From positions 1 through 64,000 of the IMG/VR virus record IMGVR_UViG_3300020214_000007: a DNA stretch of 64,000 nt; one strand, 5' to 3'. Each line of letters begins with the position of its first letter. Position 1 is the first letter of the stretch. A model generated the notes under the pieces. That model was not told the DNA's origin. It did no database searches and saw nothing but the letters and a program-made list of their open reading frames with translations. This DNA is from a virus. Shown piece by piece: positions 19,322 through 30,195 of the stretch. Both the position numbers and the translations under genes were made by a program.

Positions 19322-19486
19322 CTATAATATTATCACAATCCCAGCTGCTAAACTAAGCAAAAGCGCAAATAAAACTGTGTTTATTTTTTGAGATTTATTA
19401 TTTACCCTAGTATTTACTAGGTGCATGCTGATTGTCCAATTAAAAAATATCATAAATAAAAATATTTTAACCAAATTTAAAATCAT
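19322..19486 (-). CDS. small two-TM membrane protein, 54 aa
   Basis: Read directly: MILNLVKIFLFMIFFNWTISMHLV...INTVLFALLLSLAAGIVIIL*. Fills the gap exactly. Confidence 0.65.
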   Translation of the reverse strand: MILNLVKIFLFMIFFNWTISMHLVNTRVNNKSQKINTVLFALLLSLAAGIVIIL

Positions 19487-19487
19487 A

Positions 19488-20183
19488 TTAACTAATCAAT
19501 CTACTAATTGTAACTGGAAATTTTTGCTCTGCAAAGACGCGAACCGCTTCTGCGTATTCTCGTATTTCTACTTGAGAATCTTCTGCTAATCTTTGAGTCA
19601 AAAAAAGACACACAGACTGAACACTGCATGACCACCTGTAAATAATCTGCATACCATAGGCGGGCAAGAATAACCTAGCCTGCTCTGGTGCCACGCCCTG
19701 TTCTAAGGCCATATTATATAAAGCTTCGCCCTGTTTAATGTATTTATTAAGTTCATCGGTTAGCAGAGCGCCTTGCCATGGGCCTATCGGCCCTCCAGAA
19801 CCCTGTTTTTTATCTTCTGATGCTGTTCGCCACTGATGGGCTTTTGGAACATAAAATTCTGGATCCATTGTTATGTATCTTCTAGATGATTCATTCCAAG
19901 AATCCATGGTATGATCAGACCCCACAACATATTTCCAGTGCTGTCTCGCAACCATTAGTGGGGCTTTGATTTCAAAAGTCATAAAGGCGTGCCTAAAGGG
20001 TGACATATGATTTTCTCGTATTAAAAAATCAATAAGTCGTGCGTCTTTTGCTGAAAGCTCTTGTGACTCTTTTGCAAAAGAGGTTCTTGCCGCATTAACA
20101 ATTGACAAGTCATTCCCCATGCAATCAACGAGTCTGACATATCCATCTCCCAAAACATATATAATATCTTTATTTTCTTCCAC
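19488..20183 (-). CDS. thyX: FAD-dependent thymidylate synthase
   Basis: VNAARTSF, HMSPF, ARQHWKY...WNESSRRY, PEQARLFLP and QVEIREYA. Confidence 0.95.
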   Translation of the reverse strand: MEENKDIIYVLGDGYVRLVDCMGNDLSIVNAARTSFAKESQELSAKDARLIDFLIRENHMSPFRHAFMTFEIKAPLMVARQHWKYVVGSDHTMDSWNESSRRYITMDPEFYVPKAHQWRTASEDKKQGSGGPIGPWQGALLTDELNKYIKQGEALYNMALEQGVAPEQARLFLPAYGMQIIYRWSCSVQSVCLFLTQRLAEDSQVEIREYAEAVRVFAEQKFPVTISRLIS

Positions 20184-20509
20184 TATTCTTCCTCTGGTAA
20201 ATTTAAATAATCTTTCTCCATTAAGTCTAGCATATAATTGTTGAATTCTCCAGCTCTTTTATATAAAGATCGAAGTAAATTATTTATATCTCCGGGAATT
20301 TCACAATACTCATGTTTGTATTCAAATAAATTTTTTATAATAATATTTATCTCCTGAATAGCGGTAATAAGCTCTGCATTTAGGTCATTGCAAAATTCAA
20401 TATATCTGCTAGCGCTCATTTGATTAATGTCTTTTATATTTTTATAATCAAACCTAGAGGCTATTTCCCTAAACGCCTTATTGATATACTCTTCACTATT
20501 GCCGATCAT
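20183..20509 (-). CDS. hypothetical protein
   Basis: ORF track. Confidence 0.65.
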   Translation of the reverse strand: MIGNSEEYINKAFREIASRFDYKNIKDINQMSASRYIEFCNDLNAELITAIQEINIIIKNLFEYKHEYCEIPGDINNLLRSLYKRAGEFNNYMLDLMEKDYLNLPEEE

Positions 20510-20521
20510 GATTCATATTAT

Positions 20522-22616
20522 TTATGTACTGTCTTTTATAAGTTTAACTTCACAAAAATCAGTAGTGCAGTAACGTTCGCCCATTGCATCGGCTGCCATA
20601 CCAGCATAAACTTCACTTAAATCAATCGGAAATAGTTTTTCTGTTTGATTTATATATTCCTCTTCGCTAATTTGAATATACGGCATTTGGGGATAGATAT
20701 CATTTCCGCTCGGAAGAAAAGAAACAGTTTTAAGCTGCCCATCGTGCATGTGGAGTACTGTACCGATGTGTCGAGCTTCTGTATCCCTATTAAAAGATAC
20801 GGTAACTGAAACCGAATTGTCTGACCAATATCTCTGTGCTGTAGTTGCAAGTGCAATCTTTTCAAAAATGGTTACATCTTTTTCAGATCTTACGGCATTC
20901 GATTTGATTGGGAAGTAAACAACAGACGTAGTGTCGGGCGACTCCGCCGCTACTTCGACTCTATAATTTGCCGTCTTGAAAAGTGAAAGCATTGGGTCTT
21001 CGTTTGAAAAGCGAATTGTTCTGTTAAAAAACTTTCCGCCCGGAGTCCAGTGGACCCCTGGTGACTCTCCGGCTAAAATAGAAACAGTTCCAGATGGTTT
21101 TACTGTTGTCATTTTAATTGACTCACGAACCCCTAACCACTCCGAGTAAACGTTGTCGTACCTTTGAATTGTTTTATATCCTTGATTCATCCACTCTTTA
21201 AGAATCGGCATGCCCAAGCGATCTGCAAAATCTGCAACTCCAGACATTGAAGTTCCTATTCTTCTATTTCTCTGCATAATGGCGTTTGTTTCTTCCCAAT
21301 GAGTCGGAAGAAGGGTAACTGTTTTTGCGTACAAATATGCAAACTTTAACGTTCTTTTATAATCTTCTAGGGACTGGTGTCTGCCCAAATATGTTTCAAC
21401 CAGCGTGCAGCACTCGTATGATTCGAGCGATTGTTCGGCGCAAGGATTATACCCGGCAACTCTGTGATCTTTGTTGTTTGGCGGATCAATTAATCTTCCA
21501 TATTCTCTAGAAACATCCATCCAGATAACACCAGGCTCACCATTTAGGGAGATGCCATCAATAATTGCACTCAAATCTGCTCCAACTTCAATCTCAACCG
21601 AATTATTAGACATCCAACCCCAACCCGGCGCAGCCGCATCATAAGAATTGCGTTCTGGATATTTGTCTTTATTTTTTAGGTTTAAAAAATCTTGATCGTC
21701 TAGACGTCCTATTAAAAGTTCCGCCGAACGACGCACGTTTCCAGAAACAACACAAACGCCGATTAGATTACCTATATCAGCTATATCCACTTTGGTTAAT
21801 TTAGATCCCGCTCTACCATGAAATATTTTATCAATATATTTATGCAGTTTCAGTAGTGGTTCATGACCGGCTGCGATTCCACCAAATGTTTTAATGGGAG
21901 TGCCAGATGGTCTTATCTGCGAATAATCAAAAGAATACTTTGATTGATTTTCTTTTAGATATGAATTTAAAAGAAGTGTAAGAGACTCAACCCAGCCCTC
22001 TCTGGTGTCGGGAATGATATAGGTAATATTTTCTTCGCTTGGTTCATAAATATAAAAATCCTTATCCGCCCCTCGATTATCAAATCCAACACCAACGCCA
22101 AGCATTGACGCTTCCATCAAGAAGGCAAAAGGCCTAGCCGGATTTAATTTTGTCATTTCAGCGGTGGAAACAAATGCGCAGTTTTGAAGAGCCGCCGAAT
22201 TTTTTTGAATATTAACTATATTTGTACCCATGGCCCACAATCCACGACCGGGGGGGTGTCCACTTTAAATTAAATAGTCGATCAAAGGCCTCTTTGGCGC
22301 TTGCTTGCGCTTTGGCGTCGTTCCACGGTAGTCTGTTCTTTTTGCAGTGATCTTTTTGCAGTGAGTAAGTTCCATTTATTACTCGCTCACAAACGTCAAC
22401 CCACGTTTCTTTTGAGCCGTGTTCCTTTAACCTACTATATGTTCTTAAAAAAGTTATTTCGCCGACACTGTTGCCGCCAGCGTCTTTATACCCAAACGGA
22501 GATTCTTTAGAGTTATATGTTTGAACAAAATCCTCGTTAATTTTAAAAGAAAACATAGAAACTGCTGTTATTACTGGAACTAGATTTGGATTTCCGTTTT
22601 CAACTTCTTCTATCAT
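20522..22616 (-). CDS. nrdJ: class II (adenosylcobalamin-dependent) ribonucleoside-triphosphate reductase, 697 aa, one CGGN site
   Basis: FLRTYSR, ETW..VCERV, then WTPP-G-RGLW via CGGT at 22247..22250. Also NCAFVST, VVSGNVRRSA, NPCAEQ, TTVKPSGT and C-terminal CTTDFC. Confidence 0.95.
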
Positions 22617-22627
22617 TGTGTTCCCCT

Positions 22628-23329
22628 TTAATTTAATGCTAATACTTTAACAAATTTTGGATTAAGTTTTTCTATTTCTTTAGATTTTATTTTCTTTATT
22701 TGATCAAATGTATATACATTATATATTTCTCTTTCAAAGAAATAACCACTTCTCCAATTAAAAACTTTGTCAATTGAATTTGTATGATTAGTAAACAAAT
22801 TTGATACTACTGCTCCACCATATATTCTTATTAGGTTCTGCATTTTTTTTGAAACTGTCCTCCTATTCTTGTCATTGATTGCGCCGCTGTTTTCGGAGCG
22901 AGAATACAGCCAATTATAAGCCTGTCTGGTGATTGGGGAATAATCTATCGGATCTATAACACCATAAGAAAGAAGTTGATTATGATTTTTTTGTATTTCA
23001 ATGTCTTTCTTTACTACGTCTTTAAATAAAGAAAACCAATCTTTTTCCCTGTACTGATTCCATGTTGGACACCAAAATAACATTAAATGAACTGGGTCCG
23101 GTATGTTTGTTTTTTCTATTGTGGGAAGAAGTGTGGTACACGAAATCGCTTTTTTAATGTCTTCCTTGCTCATGTCTACGTTTTTATTCTTATTCTCAAA
23201 ATTCGTCCATAATTTTGCTATGTGTGTTTTCCAATCAGCTTCACCTATATAAATGTTTAAATACTTTTCTGCAACGTCGATGGGCAAAGCGTTCTGCTCA
23301 ACGACTGATATCATTTGTTCTAACATCAT
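22628..23329 (-). CDS. hypothetical protein
   Basis: ORF track. Confidence 0.75.
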   Translation of the reverse strand: MMLEQMISVVEQNALPIDVAEKYLNIYIGEADWKTHIAKLWTNFENKNKNVDMSKEDIKKAISCTTLLPTIEKTNIPDPVHLMLFWCPTWNQYREKDWFSLFKDVVKKDIEIQKNHNQLLSYGVIDPIDYSPITRQAYNWLYSRSENSGAINDKNRRTVSKKMQNLIRIYGGAVVSNLFTNHTNSIDKVFNWRSGYFFEREIYNVYTFDQIKKIKSKEIEKLNPKFVKVLALN

Positions 23330-23387
23330 CTACATAATCCTTATTAAATCTACTGAAAATTGAATAAACCTATATATCTAGCCCTAA

Positions 23388-23417
23388 AATAACAATCCCG
23401 CCCTTAGGAGGCGGGAC
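23388..23417 (-). terminator. GC-rich hairpin with U-rich tail (terminator or attenuator)
   Basis: TCCCGCC-TCCTAAG-GGCGGGA followed by TTGTTATTTT on the minus strand, at the boundary between the structural and metabolism modules. Confidence 0.6.
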
Positions 23418-23491
23418 AAATACTATTTGTATTTATTTCCTCACTAGTATTATACCAGTGGGAACTGTTATGTGTATGATTTTTGATCAAA

Positions 23492-24079
23492 TTACAGAAC
23501 TTTTGAAGAAGGAACTCCTTTATGTTCTCCAACTTTATTTCTACCATATTCCGATGATGTATTAGCTTGACCATAGCCAGACGTGAATATCGTTGAGCTG
23601 GGTACGCCATCTGGAGTATAATTGTCATACAGGCTATAATCCGTAATGCGGTTAGCGTGACCATATCCAGATGGGAAAACGCCTGCCGCAGTTACACCGT
23701 CGAATACATAGTTGCTGTAGAGACTATAGTTGGTTTCTCTGTCTGCATGACCATATCCAGATGTAAACGCGCTAAGTACACCCTTGTAGGTGTGTGGCCT
23801 AAAACGGGCCCCATCATAACCAACTCCGTTCTTTAACGTACCCGATAAAGGATGTACGTAAAGTGTAGTTCCGTTAAATATTTGTGACAAAAGAACATTG
23901 CCAGGATGTCTACCAGACCCAGGAACGTAATTATTATCTGGTGCTCCATCTAGAACATGGCTGTCCGCAAATAGGGGGTAAAAAGAATATTTTCCCACCG
24001 TGCCCTTATACGGGTTGACCATTCCAGAAGAAGATCTGCCCCTTAAAACGGGTCTTGGACCAACATAAAATGTAGCCAT
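23492..24079 (-). CDS. Gly/Tyr/Ser-rich protein with internal repeats, probable virion protein
   Basis: AGGAG RBS; three copies of FxSGYGxAx, two extended to YSLYxNYxxDGV. Confidence 0.75.
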   Translation of the reverse strand: MATFYVGPRPVLRGRSSSGMVNPYKGTVGKYSFYPLFADSHVLDGAPDNNYVPGSGRHPGNVLLSQIFNGTTLYVHPLSGTLKNGVGYDGARFRPHTYKGVLSAFTSGYGHADRETNYSLYSNYVFDGVTAAGVFPSGYGHANRITDYSLYDNYTPDGVPSSTIFTSGYGQANTSSEYGRNKVGEHKGVPSSKVL

Positions 24080-24106
24080 ATGTATTATCTCCTTAGATTA
24101 GTTTTC

Positions 24107-24137
24107 TTATATAGTAAAAAGAAATAGGTCTTTTGCA
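24107..24137 (-). promoter_or_regulatory. putative promoter TGCA-N17-TACTATATAA
   Basis: Same arrangement as at 1387..1419. Confidence 0.5.
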
Positions 24138-24146
24138 CTTTTAAAA

Positions 24147-25415
24147 TTAAGTATAATTTATAATTAAATCAGACAAAACCGGAGCAGTCCCGTCACCAAG
24201 CTTATTTAAAGTTACCTCAATCCACACCGAGGTTGAACCAGGAACTGGATCTAGGGTATACGAAGACCCCTGCCTATATATAACCCTATAATTAAATGCT
24301 GTAGAGATCAGCTCTTCTGGAACGTTGTAAATTTTGGGTATTACCTCTTCTACGCTCAGTATTGTTTCACTATTTGGAGCAGTAAACTTAATTATTGTTT
24401 TTCCGCTATCAAGACACTTTTGAGATCTAACATCCATATCTGACAATCCGTAAGTATAAACGCATTTATCGTGTTCTGTTGTATAACTTCTTTGCCTCAG
24501 GGCAATCCTAAGTGCATTTATTTCAATTGACGGAAAGTAAAATCCAACAGGACCAGCATTTAGTATAATGTCACCACCAACGGTAGACCATCCCCCTGGT
24601 GGAACTTTGCCAACCGCTTCTGCCTGATTGTTATATAATCTATTAAAATTTAATGGAGTCCATTTATCATTTGTATTTAAGTTTGGATTAGCGTCTGAAG
24701 TATACTCTATCGAAATAATGTCCACACCGAATATGGGATAGGGAATTAACGAAACAAAATTACTTGCAGCCGAACCAGAAAAAGACGAAGGTATTTTTAC
24801 ATATAGATATATTTGAGCACCAGCCGATGATGGAGTATCTACAATTACATTTCTCTTCCAAAACTTATCTGATGATTCTAAAAACGAATAATATATTGGA
24901 GTTGTGTCTATTAAGGATCCGGTTGTATCAACGCCAATAAAGGTATTCTCTACTTTTGCCTCCAAAAAGTCTGGAATAACTTGAGCTCCAGCCGAATCAA
25001 AAAATTTTAGTTTTGATTGTGACGAACCCTGCAATTTGGGTAATGTAATTATATTGTATATATAATCAAAACTAAGCACATCAGTACTGCTTATAGCAAA
25101 GGTGGGGTCGTTAACAAAAGAACCAACATCTATTTGAGAATATGTATAAATGGACATCTTTTTGTATCCAGGTTCCGAATCATATTCCAAAGCCTTAACC
25201 CTATCTTCAAGATCTAGAACAGCCATCGATAAAAAGTGATGATCCTTTAACACTCTTTCAAAAGCTTCTGAGAGTTTTTGATCTAAAATACCTGATCGAT
25301 TATATAAATGCACTAGGTCTCTATAGTTTTGTTCTACTCGCAGGTTAAAATCGGCACTATTAACAGGGCCGTTGTACTGAACGGTTCTATTTTCTGAATT
25401 TAAGATATCTGACAT
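24147..25415 (-). CDS. virion structural protein (putative)
   Basis: N-terminal coiled coil plus beta-rich body; in the tail operon. Confidence 0.65.
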   Translation of the reverse strand: MSDILNSENRTVQYNGPVNSADFNLRVEQNYRDLVHLYNRSGILDQKLSEAFERVLKDHHFLSMAVLDLEDRVKALEYDSEPGYKKMSIYTYSQIDVGSFVNDPTFAISSTDVLSFDYIYNIITLPKLQGSSQSKLKFFDSAGAQVIPDFLEAKVENTFIGVDTTGSLIDTTPIYYSFLESSDKFWKRNVIVDTPSSAGAQIYLYVKIPSSFSGSAASNFVSLIPYPIFGVDIISIEYTSDANPNLNTNDKWTPLNFNRLYNNQAEAVGKVPPGGWSTVGGDIILNAGPVGFYFPSIEINALRIALRQRSYTTEHDKCVYTYGLSDMDVRSQKCLDSGKTIIKFTAPNSETILSVEEVIPKIYNVPEELISTAFNYRVIYRQGSSYTLDPVPGSTSVWIEVTLNKLGDGTAPVLSDLIINYT

Positions 25416-25416
25416 A

Positions 25417-25857
25417 TTACTTTGCTCGTCTTTCTAGTTGATTAATTTTAAAATTTAAATTTGATAATTTTGCGGCAATAGAATTAGTAGTATACAATTG
25501 AGTCTTATGCTCACTTGCTAATGGTAACGGACTTGGATCGATTCCGGCATAAAAAAGAGTAACAGAATCCTGAGCCAAATCATAGTATTTTGCTCCAAAA
25601 TACCCAGAATCAGACAGGGTATCTTCTTGGTGCATATTAGATGTTTCGGCCCCAACTATAGATTTTACCCTATTAAATATTCTAGTATTTATTAACTCTA
25701 GCTCTATGTATATTCTACTCATATCCATGTATATTTTCTGATAAAAAAGATTTTCTTGACCACTTTTGCGTGCGCTCCTATAAAAAGAACGAACTCTTTT
25801 TAATAAGGGTTGTCTTATTATTTTCTTCTTATTTGGATCTTGATAGGTTATTGTCAT
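25417..25857 (-). CDS. hypothetical structural-module protein
   Basis: ORF track. Confidence 0.65.
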   Translation of the reverse strand: MTITYQDPNKKKIIRQPLLKRVRSFYRSARKSGQENLFYQKIYMDMSRIYIELELINTRIFNRVKSIVGAETSNMHQEDTLSDSGYFGAKYYDLAQDSVTLFYAGIDPSPLPLASEHKTQLYTTNSIAAKLSNLNFKINQLERRAK

Positions 25858-25861
25858 AATT

Positions 25862-28054
25862 TTATCCTAACTCTTGATCTTCTAATTGTCGGTTGTTTTT
25901 AAACTTTAAAGTAAATGAATCAATACTTGGTGATCCTATAGGATTTTGCGACCTTGCTATATCGGCCCTTACCCTAATCGCTTCAACTTTATTTAAATTA
26001 TTTGTATAATAGAATATTCTGGAATTTGATCTTATATCGGTCCTACTGAAGATCTCTTTGTTTCCAAAGAAGTTTTCTATAGTAAATACATAATCATATC
26101 TAGATCTATTCTTTTTAAATTCTAGTGGATCTACGTAACTATAATAGTCTAGATATACCAAACCATAATTGGCCAATGTCTTTCCCTCCATCAACGTTAT
26201 TGATCCATTGGTATTTTCTTCTGCATCTATTAGAACTTTAATCACGTTAGTGCCCTGCTTAAAATTCCATTCAATCATCTGAGAAGATTGATTCGATATT
26301 ATGTGTGTTGGTTTGCCATTTACGTACACGGTAATATTCCACTTTTTTGAAACATCATCATTTTTAACAAAGTTATGTCTAATAGTTTTTTCCGAAGAAC
26401 AGAACACGTTCGTTTCTAACAGAAAACTAACCGCAGAAAGATTTGGGCCCACAAAAAAAGTAGGATTATTAACAACACTGTATGGCGGAATTGTATAAAG
26501 TTGTTTTACGCTCGATTTTCCCTGGATAATGGAATTCCAAAAGCCCAATGCGTCAGTTTGATTAAAGATTTTGTTAGTATAATTTATATAATATCCTTTT
26601 GCTGTTCCAGTACCGGTAAGAATATAGGAATCATATGGATTGTCGCCTAGGTCTATTCCAGCTATTCTATAAATTAATTGATTTGGATATAGATCTATTG
26701 TTGGATTCTGTTTATTAATATTTGGTTCTTCGGTTTTTGTAGCAAGGGGTATTTTTTGTATTTCTGTTTGTACATTTTTAACCGTGTTAACTATTTTTTT
26801 TGATTTTATTGTTGTACCCTGAAAAGAAACAATACTCGGATATGACGCAAGAGCATTATTTTTAGTGGAAATTGGAGTCCAGCTAAAATCAGAAATTAAT
26901 TCAGCGGCGGGATTATCTTGTGCAACAAAATAAGCAATACTTCCGTTTTCTTGGCCGGATTCACTAACGGACAATGATACGGCGTCTATGGCAAGATTTT
27001 TGTTGTCTTTTGTTTTAATAGCTATTGGTTTACTTACATATGTTGCAGATCGTTCATAGTATTTTCCTGATATAGCTATATCCCTAAATGAAAACCTATA
27101 AGCGTATTTGTCCTTTCTGTTCTGCTCTATATAATCCGGTTCTGATTTTGTTAAAATTAAATCTATAGATAAAACATCGCCAGCTTGAAAGTTAAACGAA
27201 AACCTATCATAATCCCTTGATGCTTTTTTGCTAGAAATATTATTAGTTTTTGTTGTATCTGCATAGTTTACCCTACAATAAATATCAACTGGGGAAATGG
27301 TGTTTAACTTACCGGAAATATTTGACAATAAAACACCTGCACTAACTGGCAAGTTCAAAGAGAATTGCACCTGCCCTATAGAATCAAAGAAAAAGCTTTT
27401 TACCCATTCTGTATTTTCTAATCCATCAAATACCGAAGGAAAAAATGACTCATCAGAAATTAATTGATTTGTTTGTATAGAACTTTTATTAAAAGACAAA
27501 GAATAGCTGACGTTGTTAGCCACAACACTCTTGGCGGATATTAAATCAAAAACCGCAGAACTAAGCGATGGTAGACCAACTTTCCCATTGACAATGTCGA
27601 CATAGGCTGTCGTTAAACCAAGATCGGTCCCCTGCGTAGTCGCAAAAGTTTCGGTGTAAGAAGCATGTATCGCATCTATGTTTTGATTCACGAATAAAAG
27701 ATCATCTATTTTATTTTCTAACTCTATTCTTTTTGCTCTAAGATTTTGTAGTCTTTTATTTAGTGCTGTTGTTACTCTCATAATTTCTTCAATGTTTTCA
27801 CGCACCGCATCATACAACACCTCTACATTAAATAATGTAAAAAGCATTTTTTGATTATAGATATCAACATTGCTAGCAAAAAGTTGTCTAAATATTTCTG
27901 CATCTATGGGCAGGGGTTGACCAATTTGATAGGCTGAAAAATATTTAGAGAAAAAATCTAATACTTCTGATTCTTTTGGAATATATCCAGAAGAATATAG
28001 GTTTCTATAAATTACATCTAAAAATTTTTCTTTTTGTATATTAGCTATACTCAT
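25862..28054 (-). CDS. virion structural protein (putative), 730 aa
   Basis: Coiled-coil N-terminus and beta-rich domains; similar architecture to its neighbours. Confidence 0.65.
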   Translation of the reverse strand: MSIANIQKEKFLDVIYRNLYSSGYIPKESEVLDFFSKYFSAYQIGQPLPIDAEIFRQLFASNVDIYNQKMLFTLFNVEVLYDAVRENIEEIMRVTTALNKRLQNLRAKRIELENKIDDLLFVNQNIDAIHASYTETFATTQGTDLGLTTAYVDIVNGKVGLPSLSSAVFDLISAKSVVANNVSYSLSFNKSSIQTNQLISDESFFPSVFDGLENTEWVKSFFFDSIGQVQFSLNLPVSAGVLLSNISGKLNTISPVDIYCRVNYADTTKTNNISSKKASRDYDRFSFNFQAGDVLSIDLILTKSEPDYIEQNRKDKYAYRFSFRDIAISGKYYERSATYVSKPIAIKTKDNKNLAIDAVSLSVSESGQENGSIAYFVAQDNPAAELISDFSWTPISTKNNALASYPSIVSFQGTTIKSKKIVNTVKNVQTEIQKIPLATKTEEPNINKQNPTIDLYPNQLIYRIAGIDLGDNPYDSYILTGTGTAKGYYINYTNKIFNQTDALGFWNSIIQGKSSVKQLYTIPPYSVVNNPTFFVGPNLSAVSFLLETNVFCSSEKTIRHNFVKNDDVSKKWNITVYVNGKPTHIISNQSSQMIEWNFKQGTNVIKVLIDAEENTNGSITLMEGKTLANYGLVYLDYYSYVDPLEFKKNRSRYDYVFTIENFFGNKEIFSRTDIRSNSRIFYYTNNLNKVEAIRVRADIARSQNPIGSPSIDSFTLKFKNNRQLEDQELG

Positions 28055-30190
28055 GTCTGCTCTGCTCTTCCTATTAATTTATAGGAATATATTACTGGAG
28101 TTACATTTCCATATTTTGGTTTAAACATTTCTACTTTTACTTTTATTCTTTTTGTTTCAGAAGGAATAGCTGGTTGATTATAATAACCAACTCCCTTTAT
28201 TCTTTGTCCCGTCTGCACAAATTCATTGAAAGACAATATTTCTGGTATGCCAGTGTTAGGATTTTCTATTGGAGAAATTCTAATCCAATTTTTTGCCTCG
28301 TCCAAAGAAATATAAAACTTTAAAAGTACTTCATTTTGAGCTATAGCTGTTTGATCTAGCTTGGAATCTACAGATATGGTTAAATTTTTTACATTGTAAG
28401 AAAACTCATAAGTCGAAGAGACAAATGAAGCGCTAGATTGATAGGTTTGATATCCAATGTCAATTGACCTTAGTCCGATTGCCCATCGCTTTGCCGAATA
28501 AATTTCATATTCTTTTTTAAGATTAATTGAAGTGGTGTACGTTTTTGGGTTGAACGTCTGTTTTGTTGTTTCAACATTTAAATTTTGAAAATTAGATGCA
28601 GTCCACTCACCCTGAGTAATTTTTTCTTGAATATAAAGCTTGATTCTATCAGCTGCCTCTTTGCTTTCAGCTTTCCAGGCAGAATCCACATTTGTGGAAG
28701 CCGCTTTTTCTTGTTGTTTTTCCTGAGTTTCAAAACCGGTAAAAGAATTTGTATAATAATTTTTTACTAAAGACGAACCGGATTGTCTTTGGAAAGAAAT
28801 TAAATAAACATCTGACTTTTCCTGATCTTTATACGTAACACTAATCTGCTGAACGCTTAAGTCAGATTGATTTTTGTATTGATTTGGTTTAGTTATGACC
28901 GGCACTAAATCGGCAGTATTATATTGTATTTCCCCAAAACCCAAAGAGGCCAGGGAACTAGGGTCAAATCTAGTTTGAGTATTTAAAGCAGATAATCTTC
29001 CAGATGAAGGAAGCGGCTTCCAATACATGTGTTTTACATTTACCGAAAAAGAATCAAGCTGCTCCATATGTATTTGTATTTCAGAAGTTGTCACTTCGGG
29101 AAACGTTAGCTTAACTTTGTCATAAAAATAATTCTTTGAAGATTCTGTTGTTACCGGAACAATGCTTGTCCCAACATAAATCGGTTCGGCGATGAGATTA
29201 ATTTCTTTTGCTTCTTGATTAATTGCAATTATTTTTGTTATTTTTAATTGTACGGCGGGTGCTTGATCGGTTCCCCAAAATGGAATAATATCAAGAGTAT
29301 TTGCTTTTGCTGGTCGATCAGACTTAATGCTGAGCACTAATCTGAGTGGCTCAGCCTCATTATGACTTGCCCATGATTTATATTTGATTGTTCTAGAAGT
29401 CCCAGATATTTCTTCGTATGAATAAAAAAATTCATATTCTTTTGCTCCACGAGATAAAATTTGTGTTTTTGGTATGTTAATCGCCTCGTACTCAAAATAT
29501 GTCAGAGGATTATTGTCAATTACATTTGACAATAAACCAGAAGAAGGATTATCTTCGTAGCTATATTTGTATATAGATTCTTTGTCTTTTAGCGAATAGG
29601 CTGTATGGTTATTGCCCAAAAAACCATTTGATTTACTTTCGATAATCGAAATTGATTTTGGCTGCCAAGATGAAACTTGATTAAATTGAAGCTGAGCTGA
29701 TCCTCCGACTTATGAGCGGTAAGTTTTTACTGGCAGCTAAATCTATAAAATCTAAATTATCAAACGAATCACCAAGGTAAAACAAATCTGTTCCAGGGCT
29801 CTTGGTGTATGTGTTTAGAATACTTGTTTTTGATTTTATTCTATTTATAAATCTTGCCTCTTTCTCAACTTCCGCATTAAATAAATTAAATGTAGAAACA
29901 AACATAGCGGTTTGATAGTCTAATTGTTTAGCTATAATATTTAAATCATCCGATACTGATTGAATAAATTTATTTATTTTTTTAGACGATGGTGGCTCAC
30001 CTTTGACAACTGGTTGATATTTTGAAATTTGCGTTCCCGCATATTTGTTTATTTCTGTTACCAAAGTATTGTACTCTTTGGCTATTTCGGAGTAAGATGC
30101 GCTTTTGTTATTTTGATACTTAGCTATGAAACCTTGAATTTTTATTATGATTTGATCATAGTAAATTGTACCTGTTGATAATTGAGCCAT
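28051..30190 (-). CDS. virion structural protein (putative), 712 aa, one CGGN site
   Basis: ORFs 29681..30190 and 28051..29619 join via CGGA at 29704..29707 (LPLIS-G-GSAQLQFNQ...GFLGNNH). Confidence 0.75.
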
Positions 30191-30195
30191 ATAAG

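Noticed and set aside
5401-23492. tRNA or other structured RNA genes in the intergenic gaps
   Set aside because: The gaps are short and contain only single hairpins; no cloverleaf or T-loop signature was seen.
20650-23664. Minus-strand ORFs 20650..20865 and 23404..23664
   Set aside because: Alternate-frame overlaps of nrdJ and of the 23492..24079 gene, with no independent support.
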